A stretch of 64,000 nucleotides of DNA. Source: an uncultured Alphaproteobacteria bacterium (GTDB lineage Bacteria > Pseudomonadota > Alphaproteobacteria > GCA-2731375). Each line of letters starts with the position of its first letter. Position 1 is the stretch's first letter. Where the stretch lies: contig CATOSZ010000003.1 of NCBI GenBank assembly GCA_951812805.1, positions 386,557 through 450,556 on the forward strand, written 5' to 3'. The notes under the pieces were generated by a model. It was not told the DNA's origin and did no database searches. It saw only the letters and a list, made by a program, of their open reading frames with translations. A program made the translations under genes and the position numbers. This document shows positions 1-10,272 of the stretch, one piece after another.

Positions 1-1240
1 CGCCGCCCTCAGGCATGGCGTCGCGGGCGTTGTTGGCGAGGTTGAGGATCGCCTGTTCCAGCTGCCCGGGATCGACGTGGCTGTGCCAGAGGTCCGGCGC
101 GCTGGTCACGTGCAGTTCGACGTCCTCGCCCAGGGTGCGGCGCAGCATGTCGATGAGGCCGGTCGCCAGCCGGCCGGCATGTACCGCCTCGCCCCGATAG
201 GGCCGGCGCCGCGCGAAGCCGAGCAGCCGTTCGGTGAGCGAGGCGCCGCGCCGGGCCGCCCTGAGCGTCGGCTGGGTGAAAGCGCGCAGATCGCTCTCCG
301 CCGCCAGGCTTTCGTCGAGCAGGGCGACATTGCCCTGGATCACCGCCAGCAGGTTGTTGAAGTCGTGCGCGATGCCGCCGGTCAGCTGGCCGATCGCCTC
401 CATCTTCTGGGCATGGCGCAGGCGGGTCTCGACCGCCTCGCGCTCGGCGACGTTGCGGGCGAGCGCCAGGATCACCTCGCGGCCCTCGATCTCCGTCAGC
501 GCGACGCGGACCTCGACGGGAAATGTCGTGCCGTCGCGGCGGCGGTGCGTGCCGGCGACGGTCGCCACCTCGTTCCGCGTCAGGCTTTTGACGTGGGCAT
601 CGAAGGCCTCGCGGGGAAAATCGACCTCGATCTCCGGCACGGTCATCGCCGTGAGCGTCTCGCGGTCGTGGTCGAGCGAGGCGCAAGCCTGCTGGTTGAC
701 GTCGAGGATGCGGTGCGTCGCGGGATCGATGATGAAGAGGGCGTCGCCGACATGTTCCAGGATATGGCGCAGCGTCGCCTCGGACTCGCGCCGTTCCCGC
801 GCCGCCAGCTCGCGTTCGGCGCGCTTCGCCTCGGTGACGTCGGCGCGGATGATGACGCGCCCGCCGGACGGCGTCGCCCGGGTCTGTACCCGTTCCCAGC
901 GCTCGCCCCTGTAATGGCGGAACTCGGCCGGGCCCGGCCGGCGAAAGCGCGCCAGGCGGGCCTGGATCCAGCTCTCGATCTCCGACGGGGCTACCCCCTC
1001 GATAACGCCGGAGCGCTGCGCCACGCTCGCCCTCAGGATCTCCTCGAAGGTCTTGCCGGCGACGAGGTGGGGCTCGAGATCGCCGCGCAGTTCGAGATAA
1101 CGCCGGTTGCAGGTGACGAAGCGCTCGTCGGCATCATAGAGGGCGATGCCCTCGGAAATGTTCTCGACGGCCTCCGCCATCAGCCGGACGGCGGCGTCCC
1201 CGAGACCGTCTTCGGCGTCGCTGCGAAATGTCTCGACCAT
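1..1240 (-). CDS. PAS-domain sensor histidine kinase (partial; C-terminal HATPase part lies beyond window start)
   Basis: Manual minus-strand translation from the ATG at 1238-1240 gives PAS-like segments followed by the HisKA H-box ETRLRHAQKMEAIGQLTGGIAHDFNNLL (around 330-420). This frame is absent from the ORF track because the stop lies outside the window. Confidence 0.75.
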   Translation of the reverse strand, partial: MVETFRSDAEDGLGDAAVRLMAEAVENISEGIALYDADERFVTCNRRYLELRGDLEPHLVAGKTFEEILRASVAQRSGVIEGVAPSEIESWIQARLARFRRPGPAEFRHYRGERWERVQTRATPSGGRVIIRADVTEAKRAERELAARERRESEATLRHILEHVGDALFIIDPATHRILDVNQQACASLDHDRETLTAMTVPEIEVDFPREAFDAHVKSLTRNEVATVAGTHRRRDGTTFPVEVRVALTEIEGREVILALARNVAEREAVETRLRHAQKMEAIGQLTGGIAHDFNNLLAVIQGNVALLDESLAAESDLRAFTQPTLRAARRGASLTERLLGFARRRPYRGEAVHAGRLATGLIDMLRRTLGEDVELHVTSAPDLWHSHVDPGQLEQAILNLANNARDAMPEGG

Positions 1241-1283
1241 GTCCTGTCCCACCGCCGGGCCGCCCGAAGCTTTGAAGTCTACA

Positions 1284-3699
1284 CTATCCCCGCATCCGCG
1301 CGCCCCTCGGATCGAACAGCGGTTCGGCGAGGATGGTCGCCGGCCGGCGCTCGCCCAGGATCTCGATGGTGAAGTTCTCCCCCGCCACCGCCAGCTCGCG
1401 CGGCACCAGGCCGAGGGCGACCGAGCGTTGGACATGGTGCGCATAACCGCCCGAGGTGACGAAGCCGACGACCTCGTCGCCCTTCCAGATCGGCTCGTCG
1501 GCCCACACGTCGCTGTCCGTCGCCTCGACCGTGAAGGCCACCAGCTTGCGGGCCGGCGGCGCGTCGCGTTCCGCGAGCGCCGCGTCACGCCCGATGAAGT
1601 CGTTCTTGGCGAAGGAAATGAAACGGTCGAGCCCGGTTTCCGCCGCCGTATAGTCGGGCCGGTACTCCCGCATCCAGGCACCGAAGGACTTCTCCAGGCG
1701 CAACGACATCATGGCCCGCATGCCGAAGGGCTTCAGGCCGAGGTCGGCACCGGCCGCCGCCAGGGCATGATAGAGCTGCACCTGGTGTTCGGGTGCGACA
1801 TAGATCTCGAAGCCGAGATCGCCGGTATAGGTCACGCGGGCGACGATCGCCGGCACCAGGCCGACTTCCATCTCCGCGACCGAGAGGAAGGGCAGCGCCG
1901 CTTTCGAAACGTCGGCGCGGGTCACCCGCTCCATCAGCCGCCTGGCATGGGGCCCGGCGATCTGGAAGCCGACCCTGGAATCGGAAACATTCTCCAGCAC
2001 GACGCCGCGGTCGGGCAGATGCGCCTCGAACCAGCGCATGTGATAGCCCTGCGCCGCATAGGAGGCGGTGAGCTGGAAACGTTCCTGGCCCAGCCGCGCG
2101 ACGGTGAAGTCGCCGATCAACCGGCCGCGCGGGTTCAGCATCGGCGTCAGCACCATGCGGCCTTGCGCCGGCATGCGGTTCGCCATGATGTGGGACAGCC
2201 AGACCTCGGCGTCCGGGCCGCGCACCTCGTATTTGCCGAAGTTGTGGATCTCGTTGATGCCGACGGCGGTGCGGACGGCCGCGCATTCCGCCGCCGTCGG
2301 GGCGAAGGCGTTCGAACGGCGGAAACTCGGCGTCTCCTCCGCCGGCTCGCCCACGGGCGCGAAATAGTTCACCGCTTCCATCCCGAAGGCATGGCCGAAG
2401 ACCGCTCGTTCGGCCGCCCAGACCCCGTAGGCGGGCGTCGTGCGGAACGGGCGGGCCGCGGGCAGCTCCTCGTTCGGATAGGCGACGGCGAAGCGGCGCT
2501 GGTAATTCTCCACCACCTTGATCCGCGCGTAGGCGGGCGTCGTGTAATGGGCGAAACGGGCGACGTCCATGGCGAAGACGTCGCGGCTGGGCGTGCCCTC
2601 GACCATCCATTCGGCGAGCGTCAGGCCGACACCGCCGCCCTGGCTGAAGCCCGCCATCACCGCGCAGGCCGCCCAGTAGTTCTTGACGCCCGGCACGGGG
2701 CCGACCAGCGGATTGCCGTCGGGGGCGAAGGTGAAAGGCCCGTTGATCACCCGCTTCAGCCCGGCGTTGGCGAGACAGGGATAGCGCCGCCCGGCCGCCG
2801 CCAGCGGCTCGGCGATACGATCGAGCTTGTCCGGCAGCAGCTCGTGCCCGAAATCCCAGCTGGTGCCGTCGAGGGCCCAGGGCTCGCAGGCCTGCTCGTA
2901 AATGCCGAGCACCAGGCCGCGCCCTTCCTGGCGCAGGTAGGTTTCGCCCGCCGGGTCCATGATGTGGACGAGTTCAGAATCCCGCTCATAGACCTCGGGC
3001 AGGTCGTCGGTCACCAGATACTGGTGCTCCATCGGGTGCAGCGGCAGGTAGACGCCGGCCATCGCCGCCACCTCGCGGGCCCAGAGGCCGGCCGCGTTGA
3101 CGACATACTCGGCCCGCACCGTGCCCTGCTCCGTCACCACGTCCCACGCGCCGTCCGGCTGCGGGCGCAATTCCAGAACCCGGTTGCGCAGCACGATCTC
3201 CGCCCCGCCCAGGCGTGCCGCCTTGGCATAGGCATGCGTGGTGCCGGAGGGATCGAGGTGGCCGTCGAGCGGGTCGTAGAGCGCGCCGAGCACGCCGCCC
3301 GTATCGACGATCGGGGCGATTTCGACGATCTCCTCCGGCCCGACGATGCGGGTGTCGAGGCCCATGTGACGGTGCTTGGCCCGTTCCGCCACCAGATGAT
3401 CCATGCGGTCGGCCGTGGTCGCCAGGGTCAGGCCACCGACATGGTGCAGGCCGCAGGACTGGCCGCTGATCTCCTCCAGTTCCTTATAAAGGCGGATGGT
3501 ATAGCCCTGCAGGGCCGCCATGTTGGTATCGGCGTTGAGGGTGTGAAAACCGCCCGCCGCATGCCAGGTCGAGCCGGAGGTGAGCTCCGAACGTTCGATC
3601 AGCATGACGTCGGTCCAGCCGAACTTTGTCAGGTGATAGAGCACGCTGCAGCCGACGACGCCGCCGCCGATCACCACCACCTTGGCACTCGTCTTCATC
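1284..3699 (-). CDS. dimethylglycine/sarcosine dehydrogenase family protein (FAD oxidoreductase fused to GcvT-like folate-binding domain)
   Basis: Start MKTSAKVVVIGGGVVGCSVLYHL carries a Rossmann FAD dinucleotide-binding motif; length is ~805 aa. The C-terminal half has aminomethyltransferase-like sequence. The 5' extension in the ORF track is an antisense artefact overlapping the + strand hydrolase. Confidence 0.8.
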
Positions 3700-3785
3700 A
3701 GGCCGCCCTCCCCGGGAGTTTCCGCCACCGACCTCGCACCATAAGATGAGCTCGAGCGACTCGGAACCGGAAAATCGGGCGGCAC

Positions 3786-4727
3786 ATGGCACGACGACAC
3801 CTCATTCTCGACTGCGATCCGGGTGTCGACGACGCGCTGGCGATCCTGCTGGCCCTGGCCTCGCCGGAGTTGGCGCTCGAAGCCGTCACCTGCGTCGCCG
3901 GCAACGTCGATCTGGACCGCACCTCGGCCAACGCGCGGCGCGTGCTGGACCTGGCGGGACGCGGCGACGTTCCGGTCCACGCCGGCTGCGCGCGGCCCTT
4001 GATGCGCCGTGTCGGCGTCGACGCCGCCTGGGTGCACGGCGACGACGGGCTCGGCGGCATCGCGCTGCCGCCGCCGGCCGGACCGCTCGCCGACGGCCAC
4101 GCCGTCGATATCATCATCGAGACCGCGCGCCGGCTGCCGGCGGGGACGCTGACCCTCTGCCCGATCGGTCCCCTCACCAACATCGCGCTGGCGATCGTCA
4201 AGGCGCCGGACATCGTCGAGCGGTTGGCCGGAATCGTCCTGATGGGCGGGGCCGCCTTCAATCCCGGCAATGTCACGCCCGCGGCCGAATTCAATATCTA
4301 CGTCGATCCCCACGCGGCGCATATCGTCTTCGAGGCCGGCGCGCCGTTGGTCATGCACGGCCTCGACGTCACCCACAAGGCACCGGCGACGGCGGCCCGC
4401 CGGCAGACGCTCGGCGCCCTGCCCGCGCCGATCGGCCCCGCGCTCATCCGGATGCTGGGGGGATACGGCACCGGGGATCCCTTCGTGCACGACGCCTGCG
4501 CCGTCGCCTGGCTGCTGGCACCGGAACTGTTCGAGACGGTCGAGGCGCGGGTCGAGGTCGAATGCGCCAGCCCGCTGAACCTCGGCCAGACCGTCGCCCG
4601 GGTGAAGCCGCGCCATCTGGACGGCGCGTCCGTGAACGCGAAAGTTGCGATCGGAATCGACGACGACGGCTTCTTCGCCCTGCTGACCGAGCGGCTGGCG
4701 CGCCTGGCGGCGGGGATCGCGTCGTGA
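3786..4727 (+). CDS. nucleoside hydrolase (IunH/RihA family)
   Basis: N-terminal LILDCDPGVDDALAI aspartate cluster signature; 313 aa. Confidence 0.85.
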   Translation: MARRHLILDCDPGVDDALAILLALASPELALEAVTCVAGNVDLDRTSANARRVLDLAGRGDVPVHAGCARPLMRRVGVDAAWVHGDDGLGGIALPPPAGPLADGHAVDIIIETARRLPAGTLTLCPIGPLTNIALAIVKAPDIVERLAGIVLMGGAAFNPGNVTPAAEFNIYVDPHAAHIVFEAGAPLVMHGLDVTHKAPATAARRQTLGALPAPIGPALIRMLGGYGTGDPFVHDACAVAWLLAPELFETVEARVEVECASPLNLGQTVARVKPRHLDGASVNAKVAIGIDDDGFFALLTERLARLAAGIAS

Positions 4728-5641
4728 TCCTGGTCTTCGGCTCGATCAACTTCGATATCGCCTTGCACACGGCGCGCTTGCCGGCGGCCGGCGAGACGGT
4801 GATCGGCGCCACGCCGTCCCTCTCCCCCGGCGGCAAGGGTGCCAACCAGGCCGCGGGCGCGGCGCGCGCCGGAGCCGAGGTCCGGCTCGTCGCTCGGGTC
4901 GGAAATGACGCGCTGGCCGACGCGGCACTCGCGGGTCCGCAGGCGGCCGGCGTCGACCTCTCGGGCGTCAAAGCGTCGCCGGCGGCGACGGGCTGCGCGA
5001 GCATATGGGTCGGCGCGGACGGCGAGAACCGGATCCTCGTCGCCTCCGGCGCCAACGCGGAGGCCCGCGCCGACGACGTGGCAGACGCGAATCTCGGCCC
5101 CGGCACCCTGGTGGTCTTGCAGATGGAGGTGCCGACGGCGGAGAACTGGCGCCTCGCCCGCCGCGCCAAGGCCGCCGGGGCGCGGGTCCTGCTCAACCTC
5201 GCGCCGGCGGCGGCGATCCCGCCCACCGCGCTCGACGATATCGACATTCTCGTCGTCAACGAGGGCGAGGGTGCAGTTCTGACGGGACACGCGGCGGGCG
5301 ATGGCGCGACGCGCGTCGCGGCGCTTCGTGTGCTGGCCGCCCGGCACGGCCTCGAGGTCGTATTGACGCTCGGCGCGGAGGGCGCGCGGCATATCGCGGC
5401 AGGCGGCGTAACGGCGGTGCCGGCGCTGCCCGTCTCGGTGCTCGACACCACGGCGGCGGGCGATACCTTCGTCGGTGTGCTGGCGGCCGGACTGGATGCG
5501 GGCCTGGAAATCGCGCCGGCGCTGCGCGGGGCCAGCGTCGCCGCCGCGCTCTGCTGCACCCGGGCCGGCGCGCAGACCTCACAGCCCGATGCGGGGGAGA
5601 TCGCGGCGCATCTCGACGCCCTCCCCGGAAGCGGTTATTGA
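4724..5641 (+). CDS. ribokinase / PfkB-family sugar kinase
   Basis: GTG start overlaps the hydrolase stop (translational coupling). Sequence contains GGKGANQA and the C-terminal DTTAAGDTF PfkB motifs. The long 5' extension in the track (from 3626) is an artefact. Confidence 0.75.
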   Translation: MILVFGSINFDIALHTARLPAAGETVIGATPSLSPGGKGANQAAGAARAGAEVRLVARVGNDALADAALAGPQAAGVDLSGVKASPAATGCASIWVGADGENRILVASGANAEARADDVADANLGPGTLVVLQMEVPTAENWRLARRAKAAGARVLLNLAPAAAIPPTALDDIDILVVNEGEGAVLTGHAAGDGATRVAALRVLAARHGLEVVLTLGAEGARHIAAGGVTAVPALPVSVLDTTAAGDTFVGVLAAGLDAGLEIAPALRGASVAAALCCTRAGAQTSQPDAGEIAAHLDALPGSGY

Positions 5642-5678
5642 AGAGCGCGCCGGGGGATTGGAAGAGGGAGTGCAGCAC

Positions 5679-6548
5679 ATGAAGTTTGGCCTCAGGTATT
5701 GCAACACGGGGCGTTACGTCGATCCGGTGAAGGCGCTGGAGTTGATCCAGGCCGGCGAGGAAGCCGGCTTCGAGAGTGCCTGGACCGTCGAACACACGGT
5801 CGTGCCTTCCGGTTACGAGAGTGCCTATCCCTATTCCACCGACGGCAAGATGGCCGGCGGCAAGGACGACATCCCGCTGCCCGATCCACTGATCTGGATG
5901 GCCTATGTCGCCTCCCATACGAGCCGCATCAAGCTCGGCACCGGGATCCTGATCCTGCCGCAGCACAATGTCGTGATCACCGCCAAGCAGGTCGCCACCC
6001 TCGACCACCTCTCGGGCGGGCGGGTGCTGCTCGGCATCGGCGTCGGCTGGCTGCGCGAGGAGTTCGAAGCGCTCGGCGTTCCCTTCGAGGACCGCGGCCG
6101 GCGCACGGACGAATACGTCGCCGCGATGCGCGAGCTCTGGGCCGGTGACCCGCCCAACTTCTCGGGCGAGTTCGTCTCGTTCAAGGATACGCACTGCCGG
6201 CCACGCCCGGTGAACGGCACGGTGCCGATCATCGTCGGCGGCCACTCCAAGGCGGCGGCCAGGCGGGCGGGCCGGCTGGGCGACGGCTTCTTCCCCGCGC
6301 GCGGGGCGCCGGCGGAACTGGTGGCGCTGGCCCGGTCCGAAGCCGAAGCGCACGGCCGCGACCCGGGCGCCCTGGAAGTCACCACCAGCCTGCCGGAGGA
6401 CCTTGCGGAGTTGAAAGGCATGGCCAATGTGGGAGTGGACCGGGTGCTGGTGCCGGTCACCAACATGGCCGGCCTGCCGACGGCGATTTCCGGGCCGGAG
6501 GAGGCGCTGACCTGGAAGGACCGTATCGCCGAGTACGCCGACCTCTAG
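5679..6548 (+). CDS. LLM-class (luciferase-like) flavin-dependent oxidoreductase
   Basis: Starts MKFGLRY with a GAGGGAG RBS upstream. TIM-barrel LLM family hallmarks are present (ILILPQHN, GGRVLLGIGVGW). Confidence 0.75.
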   Translation: MKFGLRYCNTGRYVDPVKALELIQAGEEAGFESAWTVEHTVVPSGYESAYPYSTDGKMAGGKDDIPLPDPLIWMAYVASHTSRIKLGTGILILPQHNVVITAKQVATLDHLSGGRVLLGIGVGWLREEFEALGVPFEDRGRRTDEYVAAMRELWAGDPPNFSGEFVSFKDTHCRPRPVNGTVPIIVGGHSKAAARRAGRLGDGFFPARGAPAELVALARSEAEAHGRDPGALEVTTSLPEDLAELKGMANVGVDRVLVPVTNMAGLPTAISGPEEALTWKDRIAEYADL

Positions 6549-6565
6549 AGACGGGACGGAACGAG

Positions 6566-7657
6566 ATGGACCGGGACGCCGCGGGCGCCATTCTGAGCGT
6601 CGACCTGGAGGCTTTCCAGGCGAACTACCGCACCCTCGACGCGGCCTCGGGCGGCGCGATTTGCGGCGCGGTGGTCAAGGCGAACGCCTATGGCCTCGGG
6701 CTCGGCCCCGCGGCGAAGGCCCTGCACGCGGCCGGCTGCCGGCATTTCTTCGTCGCCCACCTCGGCGAGGGCGAGGCGCTGCGTGCGATCCTCGACGATG
6801 TCGAGATCCAGGTCTTGCACGGCGCCAACCGAGGCACCGAGGATCGCTTCCGCACAGCGCGGCTGTTTCCGGTGCTGAATTCCCTCGACCATGTCGAGGC
6901 CTGGCGGGAGAGCGGCGGCGGGCCCGCCGGCCTGCATCTCGACAGCGGCCTCTCCCGCCTCGGCCTCTCCGATTGCGAGATCGAAACCCTGGCGCGGGAA
7001 CCGGAGCGTCTCGCCGGCATCGATATCCGCCTGATCTCCAGCCACCTCGCCTCCAGCGAGGACCGCGATGCCGCGTCCAACCCCGAACAGCGCGCCCGTT
7101 TCGAGGCGCGCAGGGCCCTGCTGCCGCCGGCGCCGGCCAGCCTCGCCGCTTCCTCCGGCGTCTTCCTCGGCCCCGAATACCACTATGACATGGTGCGTTG
7201 CGGGATCGCGCTCCACGGGGTCAATCCGACTCCGGATCGACCCAATCCGATGCGCCAAGTCGTTACGTTGACTGCGAAAATCCTGACGGTGCGGGAAATT
7301 GACCCCGGCGAGGGCGTCGGCTACGGTCTGACCTGGCGGGCGCCGGCACGGCGTCGTATCGCGACCGTATCGATGGGTTACGCCGATGGTTACATCCGCG
7401 CGCTCGGCAATGTGGCCGAGGCCGCGATTCAAGGCCGGAGGGTGCCGGTGGTCGGGCGGATTTCCATGGACCTGATCACCCTCGACGTCACCGAGGTGCC
7501 GAGTTGCGCGCTCGGCTTCGGCGCGCCGGTGGAGATGCTGGGTCCGACCATATCTCTCGACGAGCTGGCAACCGCGGGCGGAACCATCGCCTACGAGCTG
7601 CTGACGGGCCTCGGCGCGCGGCTGCACCGCGCCTATGTCGGCGAGGTCGACGCGTGA
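6566..7657 (+). CDS. alr: alanine racemase
   Basis: PLP-lysine motif AVVKANAYGLG; 363 aa. Confidence 0.9.
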   Translation: MDRDAAGAILSVDLEAFQANYRTLDAASGGAICGAVVKANAYGLGLGPAAKALHAAGCRHFFVAHLGEGEALRAILDDVEIQVLHGANRGTEDRFRTARLFPVLNSLDHVEAWRESGGGPAGLHLDSGLSRLGLSDCEIETLAREPERLAGIDIRLISSHLASSEDRDAASNPEQRARFEARRALLPPAPASLAASSGVFLGPEYHYDMVRCGIALHGVNPTPDRPNPMRQVVTLTAKILTVREIDPGEGVGYGLTWRAPARRRIATVSMGYADGYIRALGNVAEAAIQGRRVPVVGRISMDLITLDVTEVPSCALGFGAPVEMLGPTISLDELATAGGTIAYELLTGLGARLHRAYVGEVDA

Positions 7658-7697
7658 CGCCCGTAACCGGCGTGTCATCGCCCGAAGGGGTTCCGCG

Positions 7698-10187
7698 ATG
7701 ACACTTGCTGCCGTCCGGGCCTATGACACTTTGGTGCTCAACCATCCCAAGGCGGTCCTCGTCGCGCTGCTCGCCATTCTGGTTTTCTTCGGATATCACG
7801 CAAAGGACTTCAAACTAGACGCATCGGCCGACTCCCTGTTGTTGGAAGACGATGCGGACCTCAAGCTCTACCGCGCCATCAACGAGCGCTACCCGAGCGG
7901 CGATTTGCTGATCGTAACGTTTACGCCGGACGAAGACCTGTTTTTCGACCACGCGTTGAATTCACTGAAGCAGCTCCGCAAGGAGCTCGGAACCGTCGCC
8001 AGCGTCGACAGGATGCTGACGATATTGGACGCCCCGCTGTTGAAACTGTCGGGCAAACCATTGTCGGAAGTCGCCAATCATATTTCAAGCCTGGAGGAAC
8101 CCGGTATCGATCGGGACAAGGCCAGGGACGAACTGCTGGCGAGCCCAGTGTTCCAGGACCTCATCATAAGCAAAGATGGCAAAACCACCACGCTGCTTTT
8201 GAGTTTGACGGAGAATACGCGGTTCAACGAGCTGCTCCGAACCCGTAACAAGCTGCGTTCGAAAAGCCGAAGCGCCGGCCTTACGGCCGAAGAGGCGAAA
8301 CAACTGGCAAGTGTCACTGCCGAATACGATCAAGTCCAGGAAGAGATAAGCGCGGAGCGCCACCTCGACATTGCGAGGATCAGGTCCATCATCGAGCCCT
8401 ACCGCCAGCATGGCGTCCTGTATCTCGGCGGTGTGCCGATGATTACGGACGACATGGTGACGTTCGTGCGCAACGATCTGATCGTCTTCGGTAGCATTGT
8501 CCTGTTGTTCCTCATTGCCGTTCTCACGGCGATCTTTCGGGAACTGCGCTGGATCGTTCTTCCCCTGCTCAACTGCTTCTACGCTGGCGTGGTTATGGTC
8601 GGCGTTCTGGGATTGATCGGCTGGAAGGTCACCGTCATTTCATCGAACTTTCTCGCCCTCATGCTGATCATCACCATCTCGATGAGTATTCATCTGATCG
8701 TGCGTTATCGGCAGCTGAGCCGTGATTATCCCGATGACGATCAATTGGCGCTGGTGAGGGCCACCACGCACAAGATGGCGAAGCCATGTTTCTACACGGC
8801 ACTGACGACCATCATGGGCTTCAGCTCCCTCGTCGTCAGCGACATCAAACCGGTCATCGACTTCGGCTGGATGATGAGCGCCGGCTTGACGATAACGTTC
8901 GTTACCTCGTTCGTACTGTTTCCTGCCCTGCTGATCGCAATGGGGAAATCCGGATCCAGGCCTACGCTCGAAAGCGATCGGTTTCTGCCTCCCGAATACC
9001 TGGCCCGTCTCACGGGACAACATGGCAACAAGATCCTGGCATTGGCAATTATCCTGGCCATTGTCAGTGCGGTGGGAATTTCCCGGCTGCGCGTCGAGAA
9101 CAGTTTCATAAATTACTTCAGCAGCGACACGGAAATTTATCAGGGTCTCAAGCTCATCGACGAGAAACTCGGGGGCACCACACCGCTGGAGATCGTGATC
9201 AAATTCGAGGATCCCCTGGCCGCCGTGCTGAAACCCGAGGATCTGGAAGGGCTGAGCGAGGAAGAGAAGGAAATGGAGCGCGAGTATGCGGAGGCAATCG
9301 CGAACTCACCGGAATATTGGTTTACGGCGAGTAAGATCCAACGCATCAAGGACGTGCACGACTATCTCGATCGTCTTCCCGAAATCGGCAAGGTGCTTTC
9401 ATTCGCGTCACCTGTACGCATCGCCGAAGACCTGGCCGAGGGTGAATTGGATGGTATCGAATTGGCCGTCCTCTATACTAAAATCCCGCCCGAAGTCCGA
9501 AAACACCTGGTCGAGCCTTATGTGTCCATTGATCACAACGAGGCGCGGGTCGTCGTCCGCATCGTCGATTCGAGACCGGGTTTGCGCCGCAAGGCGTTGC
9601 TGGAAAGGATACGACACGATCTGGTCGGGAAACTCGGGTTCGAGGAGCCGGACGTAACCGTCAGTGGGCTTCTGGTCCTCTACAATAATATGCTGCAGAG
9701 CCTGTTCACGTCGCAGATCAAAACCCTGGGCGTGGTCATGCTGGGTATTGCCATCATGTTCCTGGTGCTGTTCCGCTCGATCAAATTGTCGGTTATCGGA
9801 ATTCTACCAAATCTGCTGGGAGCCGCGGTCGTTTTGGGCGTGATGGGATGGGCGAATATTCCCATGGACATGATGACCATAACGATCGCCGCCATTACCA
9901 TCGGCATCGCGGTCGATAATGGCATCCATTACATTTACCGCTTCCGGGAGGAATATGCGAATAACGGTGACTATCTCGAGACTTTGCATGTTTGCCACGC
10001 CAATATCGGCAAAGCGGTATTCTATACGACCATGACCATCATCTTCGGCTTCTCCATCCTGGTATTCTCCAACTTCATACCCACGATCTATTTCGGCGTT
10101 CTGATCGCGGCGGCAATGTTTATTGCCCTTCTGGCAGCCCTCACGGTGCTGCCAAAGCTGATCCTGCTGTGGAAACCATTCGGCTGA
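7698..10187 (+). CDS. MMPL/RND-superfamily exporter (COG1033, HpnN-like), 12-TM with two large periplasmic loops
   Basis: ~830 aa with duplicated 6-TM blocks separated by soluble loops. Its GC is visibly lower (~55%) than its neighbours. Confidence 0.8.
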   Translation: MTLAAVRAYDTLVLNHPKAVLVALLAILVFFGYHAKDFKLDASADSLLLEDDADLKLYRAINERYPSGDLLIVTFTPDEDLFFDHALNSLKQLRKELGTVASVDRMLTILDAPLLKLSGKPLSEVANHISSLEEPGIDRDKARDELLASPVFQDLIISKDGKTTTLLLSLTENTRFNELLRTRNKLRSKSRSAGLTAEEAKQLASVTAEYDQVQEEISAERHLDIARIRSIIEPYRQHGVLYLGGVPMITDDMVTFVRNDLIVFGSIVLLFLIAVLTAIFRELRWIVLPLLNCFYAGVVMVGVLGLIGWKVTVISSNFLALMLIITISMSIHLIVRYRQLSRDYPDDDQLALVRATTHKMAKPCFYTALTTIMGFSSLVVSDIKPVIDFGWMMSAGLTITFVTSFVLFPALLIAMGKSGSRPTLESDRFLPPEYLARLTGQHGNKILALAIILAIVSAVGISRLRVENSFINYFSSDTEIYQGLKLIDEKLGGTTPLEIVIKFEDPLAAVLKPEDLEGLSEEEKEMEREYAEAIANSPEYWFTASKIQRIKDVHDYLDRLPEIGKVLSFASPVRIAEDLAEGELDGIELAVLYTKIPPEVRKHLVEPYVSIDHNEARVVVRIVDSRPGLRRKALLERIRHDLVGKLGFEEPDVTVSGLLVLYNNMLQSLFTSQIKTLGVVMLGIAIMFLVLFRSIKLSVIGILPNLLGAAVVLGVMGWANIPMDMMTITIAAITIGIAVDNGIHYIYRFREEYANNGDYLETLHVCHANIGKAVFYTTMTIIFGFSILVFSNFIPTIYFGVLIAAAMFIALLAALTVLPKLILLWKPFG

Positions 10188-10272
10188 GCTCGGAAGACCG
10201 AGATTTGGGTCCGTTTCGTGTGCGTCGATCTCGTTCTGGAAACCGAGCCGCGCCGCTATCGAAAGCGGCGGG

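Noticed and set aside
77-1372. 431-aa + strand ORF overlapping the start of the window
   Set aside because: It is antisense to a convincing PAS/HisKA histidine kinase frame and has a low-complexity Arg/Ala/Gly-rich translation typical of high-GC antisense ORFs.
1146-3749. 867-aa + strand ORF
   Set aside because: Antisense to the dimethylglycine-dehydrogenase-like gene, with no domain-like sequence. A high-GC artefact.
3626-4723. 5' two-thirds of the 671-aa ORF 3626-5641
   Set aside because: Only the part from the GTG at 4724 has kinase (PfkB) features. The upstream part overlaps the nucleoside hydrolase in another frame and is Arg-rich nonsense.
10245-10268. Hairpin ccgccgct-atcgaa-agcggcgg between the MMPL exporter and grpE as a bidirectional terminator
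   Set aside because: The stem is present, but neither strand has a following T/U tract. Not listed as a feature; mentioned only as a possible Rho-dependent/structural element.
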